Shown here piece after piece: positions 33,674-44,203 of a stretch of 64,000 bases of DNA. A model generated the notes under the pieces. The model worked only from the letters and a program-made list of their open reading frames with translations. It was not told where the DNA came from and did no database searches. A program made the translations under genes and the position numbers. Source of the DNA: Comamonadaceae bacterium (GTDB lineage: Bacteria > Pseudomonadota > Gammaproteobacteria > Burkholderiales > Burkholderiaceae_C); the NCBI GenBank assembly GCA_947461325.1, contig CANHLD010000001.1, positions 1,591 through 65,590 on the forward strand. The letters are read 5' to 3'. How positions within the stretch are numbered: position 1 is the first letter of the stretch; every line of letters begins with the position of its first letter.

Positions 33674-36600
33674 ATGTCAGATTTGACTTCGATGCAATTA
33701 CCTGATCTTACTAACACAAAACGATTCAATTTGAGCAAGCCTCCAGGCTCTGCGGATGCTGCATTATTAGCCACATTGATTGACAAAGAAGTAAACGTTG
33801 GTCGACGTGTGGCCATCTTCACGGCCGATGCATTTGACGCGCAACGTTTGATTGATGAGCTACCGTTTTTCTCCCCAGACATACGGTGTGTGCTTTTCCC
33901 AGATTGGGAAACGCTGCCCTATGACAATTTTTCGCCACATCAAGATCTAATCAGCGAGCGTCTGGCAACTCTTTGGCGTATCTCGCAGGGTGAAGCAGAT
34001 GTGATTTTGGTTCCAGCCACCACGGCGCTATACAAATTAGCCCCGCCAGCGTTTTTAGCGGCGTATACATTCCATTTCAAAGTCAAACAAAAACTCGATG
34101 AAGCGAAGTTGAAATCCCAATTGACGTTGGCGGGATACAGCCACGTCAACCAAGTCATCAGTCCCGGGGAATACACCGTCAGAGGTGGTCTCATTGACTT
34201 GTTTCCAATGGGGTCACTTGTTCCCTACCGGGTTGATTTGTTTGACGATGAAATCGACTCTATTCGAACATTTGATCCTGATACGCAAAGAAGTCTTTAT
34301 CCTGTCCCAGAAGTTCGTTTGTTACCCGGTCGGGAATTTCCTATGGACGATGCGGCACGCGTGTTGTTCAGAAGTCGCTGGCGCGAAATGCTGGAAGGTG
34401 ATCCCACTCGGAGCAGACTCTATAAGGACATTGGTAACGGTGTAGCAACTGCAGGTATTGAATACTATCTGCCTTTATTTTTTGAGCAAACTGCTACCGT
34501 TTTTGACTATCTGGGTAAACACGCACTCGTCGTTTTACACGGAGAACTTGAACCGGTATTGACTCGTTTCGGACAAGATGCTCACGAGCGCTTTCGTTTG
34601 TCTCAAGGGGATACGGAGCGCCCAGTGTTGCCACCGGCTGAATTGTTTTTGAACGCCGAGCAGTTTTTCACCGCAGCCAATGAACACGCTGTGTTGATCA
34701 TGCGCACGGCAGCAAACTCACCACCTCAGACTTGGGTAGACAGCTTGCCGACTATGACAGTGGAGCGCGGCGCTGATCAACCTCTGCTCAAGTTGACCCA
34801 ACGCCAGCAAAGCAGCAGACAACGCTTGTTGATACTGGCGGAATCGCAAGGCAGACGCACCAGTCTGCTGGATTTTTTGACTGCATCAGGCATACAGCCC
34901 AAGGTATTTGACAGCTTGCAGGCGTTCACAGACAGCGATGAAAAATTCGGCATGACTGTCAGCCAACTGCATACTGGTTTTGCGTGGTTAGAAATCGGTA
35001 TTGATCTGGTCACCGAAACCGAACTATTCTCTGCAGGCCCCACGCTCAGACGCAGGCGCAAGCAGGAAGAAGTCAGTGATGTCGAATCGCTGATTCGCGA
35101 TTTATCTGAACTTCAAGTCGGTGACCCGGTGGTTCACAGCGCGCATGGCATAGGAAGATACAAAGGCCTGATCAATATGGACATGGGCCAAGGGCTTGAC
35201 GATAAAGGCCAGCCACTGTTGCAGGAGTTTTTGCATTTGGAATACGCAGATGAGGCCACGCTTTATGTGCCCGTCAGCCAATTGCATTTGATCAGCCGCT
35301 ATAGCGGCATGAATCCTGAATCGGCTCCTTTGCACCGCTTGGGCTCAGGTCAGTGGGACAAAGCGAAGCGCCGCGCTGCAGAGCAGGTACGCGATGCGGC
35401 TGCTGAATTGCTCAATATTTATGCCAGACGCGCAGCCAGACAAGGGCACGCCTTCCGCTACAGCGCCAACGATTACGAAACATTCGCCACCGATTTCGGT
35501 TTTGAAGAAACCGCCGATCAACGAGCCGCCATACATGCTGTGGTGCAAGACATGATCAGCCCGCGCCCCATGGACCGCCTTGTCTGCGGCGATGTCGGTT
35601 TCGGTAAAACCGAAGTCGCCTTGCGTGCAGCTTTTGTGGCGGTCATGGGCGGTAAGCAAGTGGCCATACTCGCGCCGACCACATTACTGGCTGAGCAACA
35701 TTTCCAGACCTTAACCGATCGCTTTTCTAAATGGCCAGTGAAGATTGCCGAGCTCAGCCGCTTTCGCTCGGCCAAAGAAATCAAACAAAGCATAGAAGGG
35801 CTGGCGCTGGGCAATATCGATATCGTGGTCGGCACACACAAACTGCTGAGCGAATCTGTGAAATACAAAGACCTGGGTTTGCTGGTGATTGACGAAGAAC
35901 ACCGCTTCGGGGTCAAGCACAAAGAAACCTTGAAAGCCTTGCGCGCCGAAGTCGATGTGTTGACGCTCACCGCAACGCCAATTCCACGAACGCTTGGTAT
36001 GGCGCTCGAAGGCATGCGCGACTTAAGTGTGATCGCAACCGCGCCGCAGCGGCGTTTGTCCATCAAAACTTTTGTACGCACGGAAGACAATGGCGTCATT
36101 CGCGAAGCGGTGTTGCGCGAACTCAAACGCGGCGGTCAATGCTATTTTTTGCACAACGAAGTCGAGACCATACAAAACCGAATGGATCGATTGCAAGAGT
36201 TGATTCCGGAAGCTCGCATAGCTATTGCACATGGCCAGATGCCCGAGCGTGAACTGGAAAAAGTCATGCGCGATTTTGTCGCCCAACGCTTCAATATTTT
36301 GCTGTGCTCAACCATCATTGAAACTGGTATTGACGTGCCTACAGCCAACACCATTTTGATGAGCCGCGCCGATAAATTTGGACTTGCCCAGTTGCACCAA
36401 CTGCGCGGGCGGGTCGGCCGCAGTCACCATCAGGCGTATGCCTATTTGTTGGTACCGGATATCCAAGGTTTGACCAAACAAGCCAGTCAGCGATTGGATG
36501 CCATCCAACAAATGGAAGAGCTCGGCTCAGGCTTTTACCTCTCCATGCACGACTTGGAAATACGCGGCGCCGGTGAAGTGCTAGGCGACAACCAAAGCGG

Positions 36601-37171
36601 CAATATGCAAGAAGTAGGGTTTCAGCTTTACAACGAAATGCTGGCCGAAGCAGTGCGCGCATTGAAAAACGGCGAAGAGCCTGATTTGCTCAGCCCCTTG
36701 CAGGTCACCACCGAGATCAATTTGCACGCTCCGGCTTTGTTGCCGGATGATTACTGCGGCGATGTGCATTTGCGCTTGTCGTTTTACAAAAAACTGGCGA
36801 CTGCCAAAACCCAAGATCAGGTCGACGCTTTGATGGAAGAACTGATAGACCGTTTTGGCAAACTGCCCAGCCAAACCCAAACTTTGATTGACTCGCACCG
36901 TTTGCGTGTGCTGGCCAAGCCTTATGGCGTTGCCAAAGTGGATGCAGCTCCCGGTGTCATTCTGATCAACTTCAAACCCAATGCGCCGGTGGACGGTATG
37001 CGCATCATCCAATTGGTGCAGAAAAACAAACATATCAAGCTAGCGGGTAATGACAAGTTGCGGATTGAAAAAGACTTGGCGGATGTGAAAGATCGGGCGC
37101 AAATGGTCAGAGACATTCTGCGTTCGCTGGGTGATCCGCTTACACCTACTCCCAAGAAAGCCGTTGCATGA
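33674..37171 (+). CDS. mfd: transcription-repair coupling factor
   Basis: FPDWETLPYD, GDVGFGKT, DEEH, TATPIPRT, QLRGRVGR, TRCF C-terminus. Confidence 0.98.
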   Translation: MSDLTSMQLPDLTNTKRFNLSKPPGSADAALLATLIDKEVNVGRRVAIFTADAFDAQRLIDELPFFSPDIRCVLFPDWETLPYDNFSPHQDLISERLATLWRISQGEADVILVPATTALYKLAPPAFLAAYTFHFKVKQKLDEAKLKSQLTLAGYSHVNQVISPGEYTVRGGLIDLFPMGSLVPYRVDLFDDEIDSIRTFDPDTQRSLYPVPEVRLLPGREFPMDDAARVLFRSRWREMLEGDPTRSRLYKDIGNGVATAGIEYYLPLFFEQTATVFDYLGKHALVVLHGELEPVLTRFGQDAHERFRLSQGDTERPVLPPAELFLNAEQFFTAANEHAVLIMRTAANSPPQTWVDSLPTMTVERGADQPLLKLTQRQQSSRQRLLILAESQGRRTSLLDFLTASGIQPKVFDSLQAFTDSDEKFGMTVSQLHTGFAWLEIGIDLVTETELFSAGPTLRRRRKQEEVSDVESLIRDLSELQVGDPVVHSAHGIGRYKGLINMDMGQGLDDKGQPLLQEFLHLEYADEATLYVPVSQLHLISRYSGMNPESAPLHRLGSGQWDKAKRRAAEQVRDAAAELLNIYARRAARQGHAFRYSANDYETFATDFGFEETADQRAAIHAVVQDMISPRPMDRLVCGDVGFGKTEVALRAAFVAVMGGKQVAILAPTTLLAEQHFQTLTDRFSKWPVKIAELSRFRSAKEIKQSIEGLALGNIDIVVGTHKLLSESVKYKDLGLLVIDEEHRFGVKHKETLKALRAEVDVLTLTATPIPRTLGMALEGMRDLSVIATAPQRRLSIKTFVRTEDNGVIREAVLRELKRGGQCYFLHNEVETIQNRMDRLQELIPEARIAIAHGQMPERELEKVMRDFVAQRFNILLCSTIIETGIDVPTANTILMSRADKFGLAQLHQLRGRVGRSHHQAYAYLLVPDIQGLTKQASQRLDAIQQMEELGSGFYLSMHDLEIRGAGEVLGDNQSGNMQEVGFQLYNEMLAEAVRALKNGEEPDLLSPLQVTTEINLHAPALLPDDYCGDVHLRLSFYKKLATAKTQDQVDALMEELIDRFGKLPSQTQTLIDSHRLRVLAKPYGVAKVDAAPGVILINFKPNAPVDGMRIIQLVQKNKHIKLAGNDKLRIEKDLADVKDRAQMVRDILRSLGDPLTPTPKKAVA

Positions 37172-37884
37172 ACAACATGAAAGAACATAGCCCCGGGCTC
37201 TGGACGCAAAACCTGCCTGCTCATCTACAACTATCAGACTACAAACTGATTGCGTTTGACATGGACTCGACACTCATCAACATCGAGTGCATAGATGAAA
37301 TGGCTGGCGTGGTTGGTCGCCAGAAAGAGGTGTCCGCCATCACAGAGGCAGCCATGCGCGGTGAAATCACCGATTACAAAGACAGTTTGCGCCGCCGTGT
37401 GGCATTACTCCAAGGAGCACCGGCTATTGTGATGCAACAAGTGTTTGAGCAAAAACTGCAACTCAATCCGGGCGTCAAACCACTGATTGCGGCGTGTCAA
37501 CAAACAGGGCTACACACTTTGATTGTCAGCGGCGGGTTTGACTATTTCACTGACAAGCTGCAAACCATGCTGGGCATAGATGACACGCGCAGCAATAAGT
37601 TGGAAATCGTTGACGGTGTATTGACTGGTCGTTTGCTAGACCAGTGCTGGGGCGATATTTGCGACGGTGAAGAAAAAAAACGCATGCTTCAATCTACCAG
37701 TGCCAAACTGGGTATCAACGCCAGCCAGTGCATTGCGGTGGGCGATGGCTCTAACGATTTACCGATGATGCAATGGTGCGGATTATCAGTCGCGTACCAG
37801 TCCAAGCCTAAGGTCAGGCAACAGGCTCAGATAGCGATTGACCAGGGTGGTCTCGACAGAATGCTGGAAATCATCCGGGCTTGA
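37168..37884 (+). CDS. serB: phosphoserine phosphatase
   Basis: HAD motif FDMDSTL, ECIDE, SGGF, GDGSNDL. Confidence 0.93.
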   Translation: MNNMKEHSPGLWTQNLPAHLQLSDYKLIAFDMDSTLINIECIDEMAGVVGRQKEVSAITEAAMRGEITDYKDSLRRRVALLQGAPAIVMQQVFEQKLQLNPGVKPLIAACQQTGLHTLIVSGGFDYFTDKLQTMLGIDDTRSNKLEIVDGVLTGRLLDQCWGDICDGEEKKRMLQSTSAKLGINASQCIAVGDGSNDLPMMQWCGLSVAYQSKPKVRQQAQIAIDQGGLDRMLEIIRA

Positions 37885-37885
37885 A

Positions 37886-39796
37886 TCAATGCAGCGCTGC
37901 ATAAATTGCTTGCGCCAACTCCAGCGAAATACCTTCCACCGTGCACAAATCTTGTACGCTGGCATCACCAACGCCGCGCACACCGCCAAAACGTTGAAGT
38001 AATTTGGCACGCTTGCGAGGACCTACACCGGGAATTTCTTCTAGGCTGCTGGAACCGGTTCTGACCTTGGCGCGTTTCGCACGCATGCCCGTGATGGCAA
38101 AGCGGTGCGCTTCGTCTCTGATTTGTGCAACCAACATTAACGCGGCTGAGTCTTGATTGAGAGTGAGTTTGGGTCGTCCATCGGCAAACACCAGTTCTTC
38201 CAGACCGACTTTGCGTCCCTCGCCTTTTTCCACACCGACCAATCTGGCAATGTCCAAATCCAAAGACTCAAAGACTGACTTGGCCATGCTGATCTGGCCT
38301 TTACCGCCGTCTATCAACACCAAATCGGGAAACTTGGCCTCACCGGCTCGAACAGCTTCAGCGAGTTTGCTGTAACGACGTGTCAACACCTGTCGCATGG
38401 CGGCATAGTCATCACCTGCGGTGATGTCTTCGATGTTGTAACGGCGGTATTGCGCCGCTTGCATTTGATGGTGGTGAAACACCACGCAAGACGCCTGCGT
38501 AGCCTCACCTGAAGTGTGCGAGATATCAAAGCACTCGATCAAGAAACCATCTAAATCTTCAGGCGCTAGATCCAGCGCATCCACCAAAGCGCGAGTGCGT
38601 GATTGTTGTGAACCCTCTTCGGCCAGCAAGCGAGTGAGTTTGATGGCTGCGTTTTGCTGCGCCATCTCCAACCAAGCTTTGCGTTGTTCGCGGGGTTGGT
38701 GAATGACATGCAATTTGATACCGATTTGCTCGCTAAGTGCTCGCACCAAACTTTTATCCACCGCATGGCTGGTGATCAAAGTGGGCGGCGCAGCAATATC
38801 CAGATAATGTTGACTGATGAATGCCTCAAGCACCTCAACGGGTTCTGCGTTATCCACGTGTGTCGGAAAATAAGGGCTGTCGCCCAGATGCCTGCCGCCT
38901 CTGACCATGGCCAGATTCACACAGGCTTTGCCGCCTTGCACCAGCACAGCCAGAATGTCTACGTCGCGATCATCAACTGAATCTACCGATTGCTGGTGCA
39001 ACACTTTAGACAAAGCATTGATTTGGTTTCGCACATCGGCAGCAGCCTCAAACTCCAACACATCAGCGTGCGCCATCATGCGAGTTTCCAGCGACTTCAT
39101 CACTTCGCGGGTACGACCGTCTAGCAACTCGCGCGCGCTTTGCACATCCTGTTGGTAGGCTTGCTCACTGACCAGACCGACACAAGGTGCAGAACACCGT
39201 TTGATCTGGTGCAACAAACAAGGACGGGTACGGTTTCTGAACACCGTGTCTTCGCAAGTGCGCAAGCGGAAGACTTTTTGCAAAAGCTGTATGGCTTCGC
39301 GCACCGCCCATACGCTGGGATACGGGCCAAAGTAATCGTGTTGTTTGTCGACAGCACCGCGGTAATACACCACACGTGAAATGGCTTTAGGAGAAGGATG
39401 CCCTAAAGCATCAGGTTCTGCGGACTTGGCCTGGGTGATTTTTAAATACGGGTAGCTTTTATCGTCGCGAAACAAAATGTTGTAACGCGGCTTGAGACTT
39501 TTGATTAAATTATTTTCCAGCAGCAAGGCCTCGGCCTCGGACCTGACCACTGTGGTTTCCATGCAGACGATTTTGGACACCATGTGACCTATCCGTGTGC
39601 CATCATGGTTTTTTTGAAAATAACTGCTGACGCGTTTTTTCAAATGGTTGGCTTTGCCAACGTAAAGAACTTGACCCTCAATGTCATAGTATCTGTATAC
39701 GCCGGGTAACGAGGGCAATGCCGCGACTTGCGACAATAATTCCTGAGAAAAACGCGGTTTACTGTCGTCCGAAGAGTCGGTTTGACCTGCACTCAC
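37886..39796 (-). CDS. uvrC: excinuclease ABC subunit C
   Basis: GIY-YIG PGVY...[27 protein letters not shown], HhH motifs. Confidence 0.97.
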   Translation of the reverse strand: MSAGQTDSSDDSKPRFSQELLSQVAALPSLPGVYRYYDIEGQVLYVGKANHLKKRVSSYFQKNHDGTRIGHMVSKIVCMETTVVRSEAEALLLENNLIKSLKPRYNILFRDDKSYPYLKITQAKSAEPDALGHPSPKAISRVVYYRGAVDKQHDYFGPYPSVWAVREAIQLLQKVFRLRTCEDTVFRNRTRPCLLHQIKRCSAPCVGLVSEQAYQQDVQSARELLDGRTREVMKSLETRMMAHADVLEFEAAADVRNQINALSKVLHQQSVDSVDDRDVDILAVLVQGGKACVNLAMVRGGRHLGDSPYFPTHVDNAEPVEVLEAFISQHYLDIAAPPTLITSHAVDKSLVRALSEQIGIKLHVIHQPREQRKAWLEMAQQNAAIKLTRLLAEEGSQQSRTRALVDALDLAPEDLDGFLIECFDISHTSGEATQASCVVFHHHQMQAAQYRRYNIEDITAGDDYAAMRQVLTRRYSKLAEAVRAGEAKFPDLVLIDGGKGQISMAKSVFESLDLDIARLVGVEKGEGRKVGLEELVFADGRPKLTLNQDSAALMLVAQIRDEAHRFAITGMRAKRAKVRTGSSSLEEIPGVGPRKRAKLLQRFGGVRGVGDASVQDLCTVEGISLELAQAIYAALH

Positions 39797-39803
39797 AATG
39801 ACA

Positions 39804-40223
39804 TCACCATTGCCCGGTGTTAGGCATGCTGGCCCAGGGCTCTAAAGGCGGCAGAGGTTGACCGGCCTGTAACAGTTCTACTGAGATGTTGTCGGGTGAT
39901 CTGACAAATGCCATATAGCCGTCGCGCGGCGGTCTGAGTATGGTCACACCGTGCTGTTGTAAGCGCTCGCAAGTAGCGTAAATATTGTTAACCGCGTAGG
40001 CCAAGTGACCGAAATTGCGTCCGCCTCGCAGTTCTTCTGGATCCCAGTTGTAAGTCAATTCCACTTGCGCAGTGCTGTCGCCGGGCGCGGCCAGAAATAC
40101 CAGCGTGAATCTGCCGGCGGGCACTTCTTTGGAACGTAAAACTTCCAACCCAAGGGCGTCACGGTAAAACTTCAAAGAGGCTTCGAGGTCAGTAACCCTC
40201 ACCATGGTGTGTAGATAGCGCAT
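39804..40223 (-). CDS. gloA: lactoylglutathione lyase (glyoxalase I, VOC family)
   Basis: [40 protein letters not shown]. Confidence 0.85.
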   Translation of the reverse strand: MRYLHTMVRVTDLEASLKFYRDALGLEVLRSKEVPAGRFTLVFLAAPGDSTAQVELTYNWDPEELRGGRNFGHLAYAVNNIYATCERLQQHGVTILRPPRDGYMAFVRSPDNISVELLQAGQPLPPLEPWASMPNTGQW

Positions 40224-40334
40224 AAAAAAACCATTCACAAAGTTGGTGAAACTTTAACCTATTCGATTGCAGCAGATCTTCCGACTGGGGGAAACCACCA
40301 AATAGCAAGTGCTTTGCAAATCAAAAAAACGAAA

Positions 40335-41648
40335 TCAAAGAATACTTTGATCTTGTGCAGCTTTGATAGATTGGGTTGCCACATTCTCCAACCATCCTAA
40401 ATCGACTTGGCTGTGTGCCTCACAAAAAAACCATGGCTCGCGTGAGTCCGGCTCCAACATCACACCTCGGTTTATCAATTCCCATGCGAACAGGTTGTAC
40501 AAACGGCTGTCTGTCTTGCGCCAATCGCGGTAAGTCTGCGGCACATCCGGCGTGAAATGTATGCCCAGCATGGCGGGTGGTCCGGCAAAGGCATGCGCGA
40601 CCCCCGCGCGAGTGAACACCTTTGACAACACATTTTTAATTTGCGTACCGACCGCATCCACGGTTTTCAGTGCATCCGTCTTCGCCAAAATATCCAGCGT
40701 GGCTTGTGCAGCGCTCAAGCCAACCAGGTTGGCGGTGTAGGTGCCCCCGTGCACCACAGCACCCTTGTTCGATCCTATGACGTCCATCACCGCGGCTCGT
40801 CCGCCGAAGGCGGCTACCGGATAACCATTGCCCATGGCTTTAGCATAAGTAGTGAGATCAGCGTAAATGCCGTACAAAGACTGAGCGCCGCCCTTGGCTA
40901 CGCGAAACCCAGATTTAACCTCGTCAATCAACAACAGAGTGCCGTTCTGATCACACAATTCACGCAACCGCATAAGCCATGCTGGCGTTGCAGCAATACT
41001 GCCTGCATTACCGATGATGGGCTCGAGCAGCACACACGCCAGTTGATCTGAACGCTGCTTGAATAAATTTTCAAGCGCCTCAAAATCATTCAAGCCGATG
41101 ATGTCTACCAAGTCCCTGGTTTTGGCAGGAATACCAGCTCCAAACGGAATCACTGCAGGCGCGTGAGTGTCAGACGCCTGCCAGTTTTCAATATCCGATT
41201 TCCACATCAATTCGTCATACAAGCCGTGAAAACTGCCCTCGACCAACGCAATACGCTCGCGTCCGGTGAAGCCTCTGGCGGTGCGAACTGCGCCCATCAC
41301 CGCCTCGGTACCTGAATTGGCAAAACGCATTTTGTCTATCTGCGGGCACATGGCTTTGATCTGCTTGACCACTTCGGAGTCCAGCTCTGTGGCGAAACCA
41401 GTCAATGTGCCGGACTGCTTGATTTGTCGAATAACAGCGTCATCCACACGCGCATCTTGGTATCCCAAAATGATCGGGCCGTAGCCCAGCCTGAAGTCAA
41501 CATATGATTTTCCATCGCTGTCAGTCAACCGACAACCGCTGGCGTTTTGAATAAATACCGTACGGTCTTCGCCCCAATAACGGTAGTTCTCTGCCACGCC
41601 TTGCGGCATGTGCAAATACGCTTCCTGCATCAGTTGCTGTTGCTTCAT
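40335..41648 (-). CDS. class III PLP aminotransferase, GSA-aminomutase (HemL)-like
   Basis: GPIILG, NSGTEA, SFHG, LEP, DEVKSGFR, AKAMGNGYP, HGGTY; substrate motif differs from HemL. Confidence 0.85.
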   Translation of the reverse strand: MKQQQLMQEAYLHMPQGVAENYRYWGEDRTVFIQNASGCRLTDSDGKSYVDFRLGYGPIILGYQDARVDDAVIRQIKQSGTLTGFATELDSEVVKQIKAMCPQIDKMRFANSGTEAVMGAVRTARGFTGRERIALVEGSFHGLYDELMWKSDIENWQASDTHAPAVIPFGAGIPAKTRDLVDIIGLNDFEALENLFKQRSDQLACVLLEPIIGNAGSIAATPAWLMRLRELCDQNGTLLLIDEVKSGFRVAKGGAQSLYGIYADLTTYAKAMGNGYPVAAFGGRAAVMDVIGSNKGAVVHGGTYTANLVGLSAAQATLDILAKTDALKTVDAVGTQIKNVLSKVFTRAGVAHAFAGPPAMLGIHFTPDVPQTYRDWRKTDSRLYNLFAWELINRGVMLEPDSREPWFFCEAHSQVDLGWLENVATQSIKAAQDQSIL

Positions 41649-41650
41649 AA

Positions 41651-42565
41651 CTAACTCTTGGCGTTGTCCGATGGTCTGAGATAGTGCCCTACACGGTCCT
41701 CAAGCAACTTGACCACGTGAAGTTCAGCTGCATCCGGCCCATACTGTGCTTTGGCTTTTTCAAACAAGGCCAAAGCGTGCGCGCCCATGGGCAGGGTATA
41801 GCCCTGCGAATGCGCGATGTCATTGATCAGCCCTAAGTCTTTGCAACACAAGGCCAGTGAAAAACTCGGGTCGTAATGTCCAGCGAAGATGGAAGGCACG
41901 TCGTGTTCCGCCACCCAACTGTTACCGGCGCTGGACTTGATGGCTTCCCAGACGGTATTCAAAGGAATATCTGCCTTGGCACCCAGCATCAGTGCCTCTC
42001 CTATAGTGGCAGCACTGACAAACCACAACAAGTTGGTCAATAGTTTCACGGTAGCGCCATTGCCCGCTTTGCCAACATGAAATATTTTTTCTCCAATAAC
42101 TTCAAATATCGGTTTGTGCTTTTCAAATGCAGTTGAAGATCCACCGACAAAAATAGACAACTTTCCAAGTGCCGCAAAATCCACCGCATTGGTCACCGGC
42201 GCCTCCAGATAGTCAATCAGTTTTTTCGTTGACTCATTAACCAATTGCTGTATCAATTCAACGGAACTGGTGGTTGTGTCTATCACGGTGACGCCGGGCT
42301 TTAAATGCGCCAACACGCCGTCGCTACCCAGCATGACCTGTGCGACTTGCGGCGGTCCGGGCAAAGACACCATCACCACCTCTGCGCTTTTTACCGCTGC
42401 ATGTAAGCTCTGCGCCACTTTTGCTCCGGCGACTTGCAAGTTATGGGTTTTGCCCGGGTCAATGTCAAACACGGTCACGTCATAACCTGCCCTGATCAGG
42501 TTCAGCGCCATGGGATTGCCCATGTTGCCGACACCGATAAAAGCCAATAAAGGTTTGCGACTCAT
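41651..42565 (-). CDS. NAD(P)-dependent beta-hydroxyacid dehydrogenase family protein
   Basis: FIGVGNMGNPMA, EAPVT, GKLSIFVGG, catalytic KLLTN, FSLAL..KDLGL. Confidence 0.88.
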   Translation of the reverse strand: MSRKPLLAFIGVGNMGNPMALNLIRAGYDVTVFDIDPGKTHNLQVAGAKVAQSLHAAVKSAEVVMVSLPGPPQVAQVMLGSDGVLAHLKPGVTVIDTTTSSVELIQQLVNESTKKLIDYLEAPVTNAVDFAALGKLSIFVGGSSTAFEKHKPIFEVIGEKIFHVGKAGNGATVKLLTNLLWFVSAATIGEALMLGAKADIPLNTVWEAIKSSAGNSWVAEHDVPSIFAGHYDPSFSLALCCKDLGLINDIAHSQGYTLPMGAHALALFEKAKAQYGPDAAELHVVKLLEDRVGHYLRPSDNAKS

Positions 42566-43272
42566 ACTTTGACAAAGCTCTGGAATTGCGGCAAGGCCTG
42601 CGTTGTCGCTTGGTGCCTAAAGCCAAATAAGCCCAGCAAATCCAAAGCCTCGGCCATTGAATAGGTTCTGTAATCAATGCGTTGTTCCATCAATTTTTTG
42701 TCGTGGTCATGCAAAAAATAATGCTTGGTAAAACCGTGCTCTATAGGCTGTATGGTTTGCGAGTACATATAGCCGTTGGTGATTGGGCTTTGGTAATCGC
42801 GGTGAGGACCCTGTACCCCGAGCAGCAAATGACCATTTTTTTGCACATGATCAGCCACTCGTTTCAATCCATTGACATTGTCTTGTTCATCGTAAATATG
42901 GCTGACAAGAAATGGTTCGTTGACGCCATCCATGACAAAGTACCAGACACCGCCATAGGAAAAAGCCAAATCAAATTCTTTGTTCAACTTCAGTCCAGTA
43001 ACATTTTGGTGCTCCAGCGTCACATGATCGAATTTATTTAACCGCTGTTTAGCGATAGCCAACATAGCTTGTGTCAGGTCAAATCCCGTAATTTGGATGT
43101 CATTTTTTCTGCTGGCCAATTCTTCAATGATCAAGCCAGTTCCGCATCCTATTTCCAGCACGTTTTTAAAGTCAGCGCATGCAATCAGTTCATTAACTAT
43201 TTTTTTATAATCATAATAGCCCGATGTCATAATTAAATCGTAATAATTAGACATGTTTGTGTAATCGCCCAT
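42562..43272 (-). CDS. class I SAM-dependent methyltransferase (small-molecule type)
   Basis: YYD N-terminus, VLEIGCGTG, GFDLTQAML, FDL; SD GAGG before MGDYTN. Confidence 0.85.
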   Translation of the reverse strand: MGDYTNMSNYYDLIMTSGYYDYKKIVNELIACADFKNVLEIGCGTGLIIEELASRKNDIQITGFDLTQAMLAIAKQRLNKFDHVTLEHQNVTGLKLNKEFDLAFSYGGVWYFVMDGVNEPFLVSHIYDEQDNVNGLKRVADHVQKNGHLLLGVQGPHRDYQSPITNGYMYSQTIQPIEHGFTKHYFLHDHDKKLMEQRIDYRTYSMAEALDLLGLFGFRHQATTQALPQFQSFVKV

Positions 43273-43389
43273 TTTTTTCCTCGAATTGAGTACAGACTCC
43301 GAGTAATCGATCAAGAAAAAAAATCAACCGATACTTTTTATCAAGCATATCAGCATGCAAAGATTCAATAACTTAGCGCATAATTTCTC

Positions 43390-43827
43390 ATGGACAAACC
43401 AACCACATGTCATTACTGCACGCTTGCTGCAGCCAGGATCGTTGATGAAAGCGCACTTTCTATTGCCTTCAAAGATGCCTTTCCTATTTCACCGGGACAC
43501 ACGCTGATTATTCCAAGGCGGCATACAGACTCATTTTTTGACCTGACCCAGCAAGAGCGAGAAGACATGCTTGACTTGTTAACCCGTGTCAAGAACCACC
43601 TTCAGGATGAATTAAACCCGCAAGGATTCAATGTTGGATTCAATGAGGGATTTGCAGCCGGGCAAACTGTCATGCATACCAACATACAGTTGATTCCCAG
43701 GTTCAAAGGTGACGTGGCCGAGCCCAGAGGCGGGATTCGTTGGCTATTTCCGGAAAAAGCCGTTTTTTGGGATAAAAAACCAGAAGAAGCAGCGCCCGAT
43801 ATTGGAAACACCAAACCCGCACAATAA
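43390..43827 (+). CDS. HIT family protein with altered triad (HxNxQ)
   Basis: CxxC, DAFPISPGHTLIIPRRH, GFNVGFN.G.AAGQTV-MHTNIQLIPR. Confidence 0.85.
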   Translation: MDKPTTCHYCTLAAARIVDESALSIAFKDAFPISPGHTLIIPRRHTDSFFDLTQQEREDMLDLLTRVKNHLQDELNPQGFNVGFNEGFAAGQTVMHTNIQLIPRFKGDVAEPRGGIRWLFPEKAVFWDKKPEEAAPDIGNTKPAQ

Positions 43828-43840
43828 GAACGGTACATAT

Positions 43841-44194
43841 ATGAAAACCACTGCTTTGGCGAAGACTCACCTGACATTAGCGCTTATCTGCTTTTTGTTT
43901 CTCAGCGCGTGTACGCAGGAACAACAAAACAAAATTGGGCGTGGAATTCAAAATTGGACCGGCACTGATGGGGTTTTGGAAGTCTATGCAGGTGATAAAT
44001 TGGTTCGACGTTTTTTGAAAGTCGACAAACTCAGTACGGCTCTGGGTACGGATGACGGCAAACCAAGGGAATATCGCTTTGGCTACGGCCACCTTGACGA
44101 AAACCTGAATATGCAAGTAGACCCAAATGAAAAGAAAGTCTATTTTGAATTCAGTAATTACTCGACCATCGTGTTTTTTGAAAATCCTCAATGA
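43841..44194 (+). CDS. hypothetical lipoprotein
   Basis: Hydrophobic signal ending in the lipobox LSAC; 117 aa; no family recognised. Confidence 0.7.
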   Translation: MKTTALAKTHLTLALICFLFLSACTQEQQNKIGRGIQNWTGTDGVLEVYAGDKLVRRFLKVDKLSTALGTDDGKPREYRFGYGHLDENLNMQVDPNEKKVYFEFSNYSTIVFFENPQ

Positions 44195-44203
44195 ACTGAA
44201 AGT

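Noticed and set aside
33571-33882. 103-aa ORF upstream of ispD
   Set aside because: Antisense to the 5' end of mfd and spans the divergent promoter; no recognisable motif.
33940-39379. Many 60-200 aa antisense ORFs over mfd and uvrC (similar ones lie over carB, ftsH and ilvB)
   Set aside because: They lie almost entirely within conserved genes, have no recognisable motifs, and are expected from codon bias.
40335-41648. Calling the aminotransferase hemL
   Set aside because: It lacks the HemL GVNSPVR substrate motif and sits in a non-heme operon.
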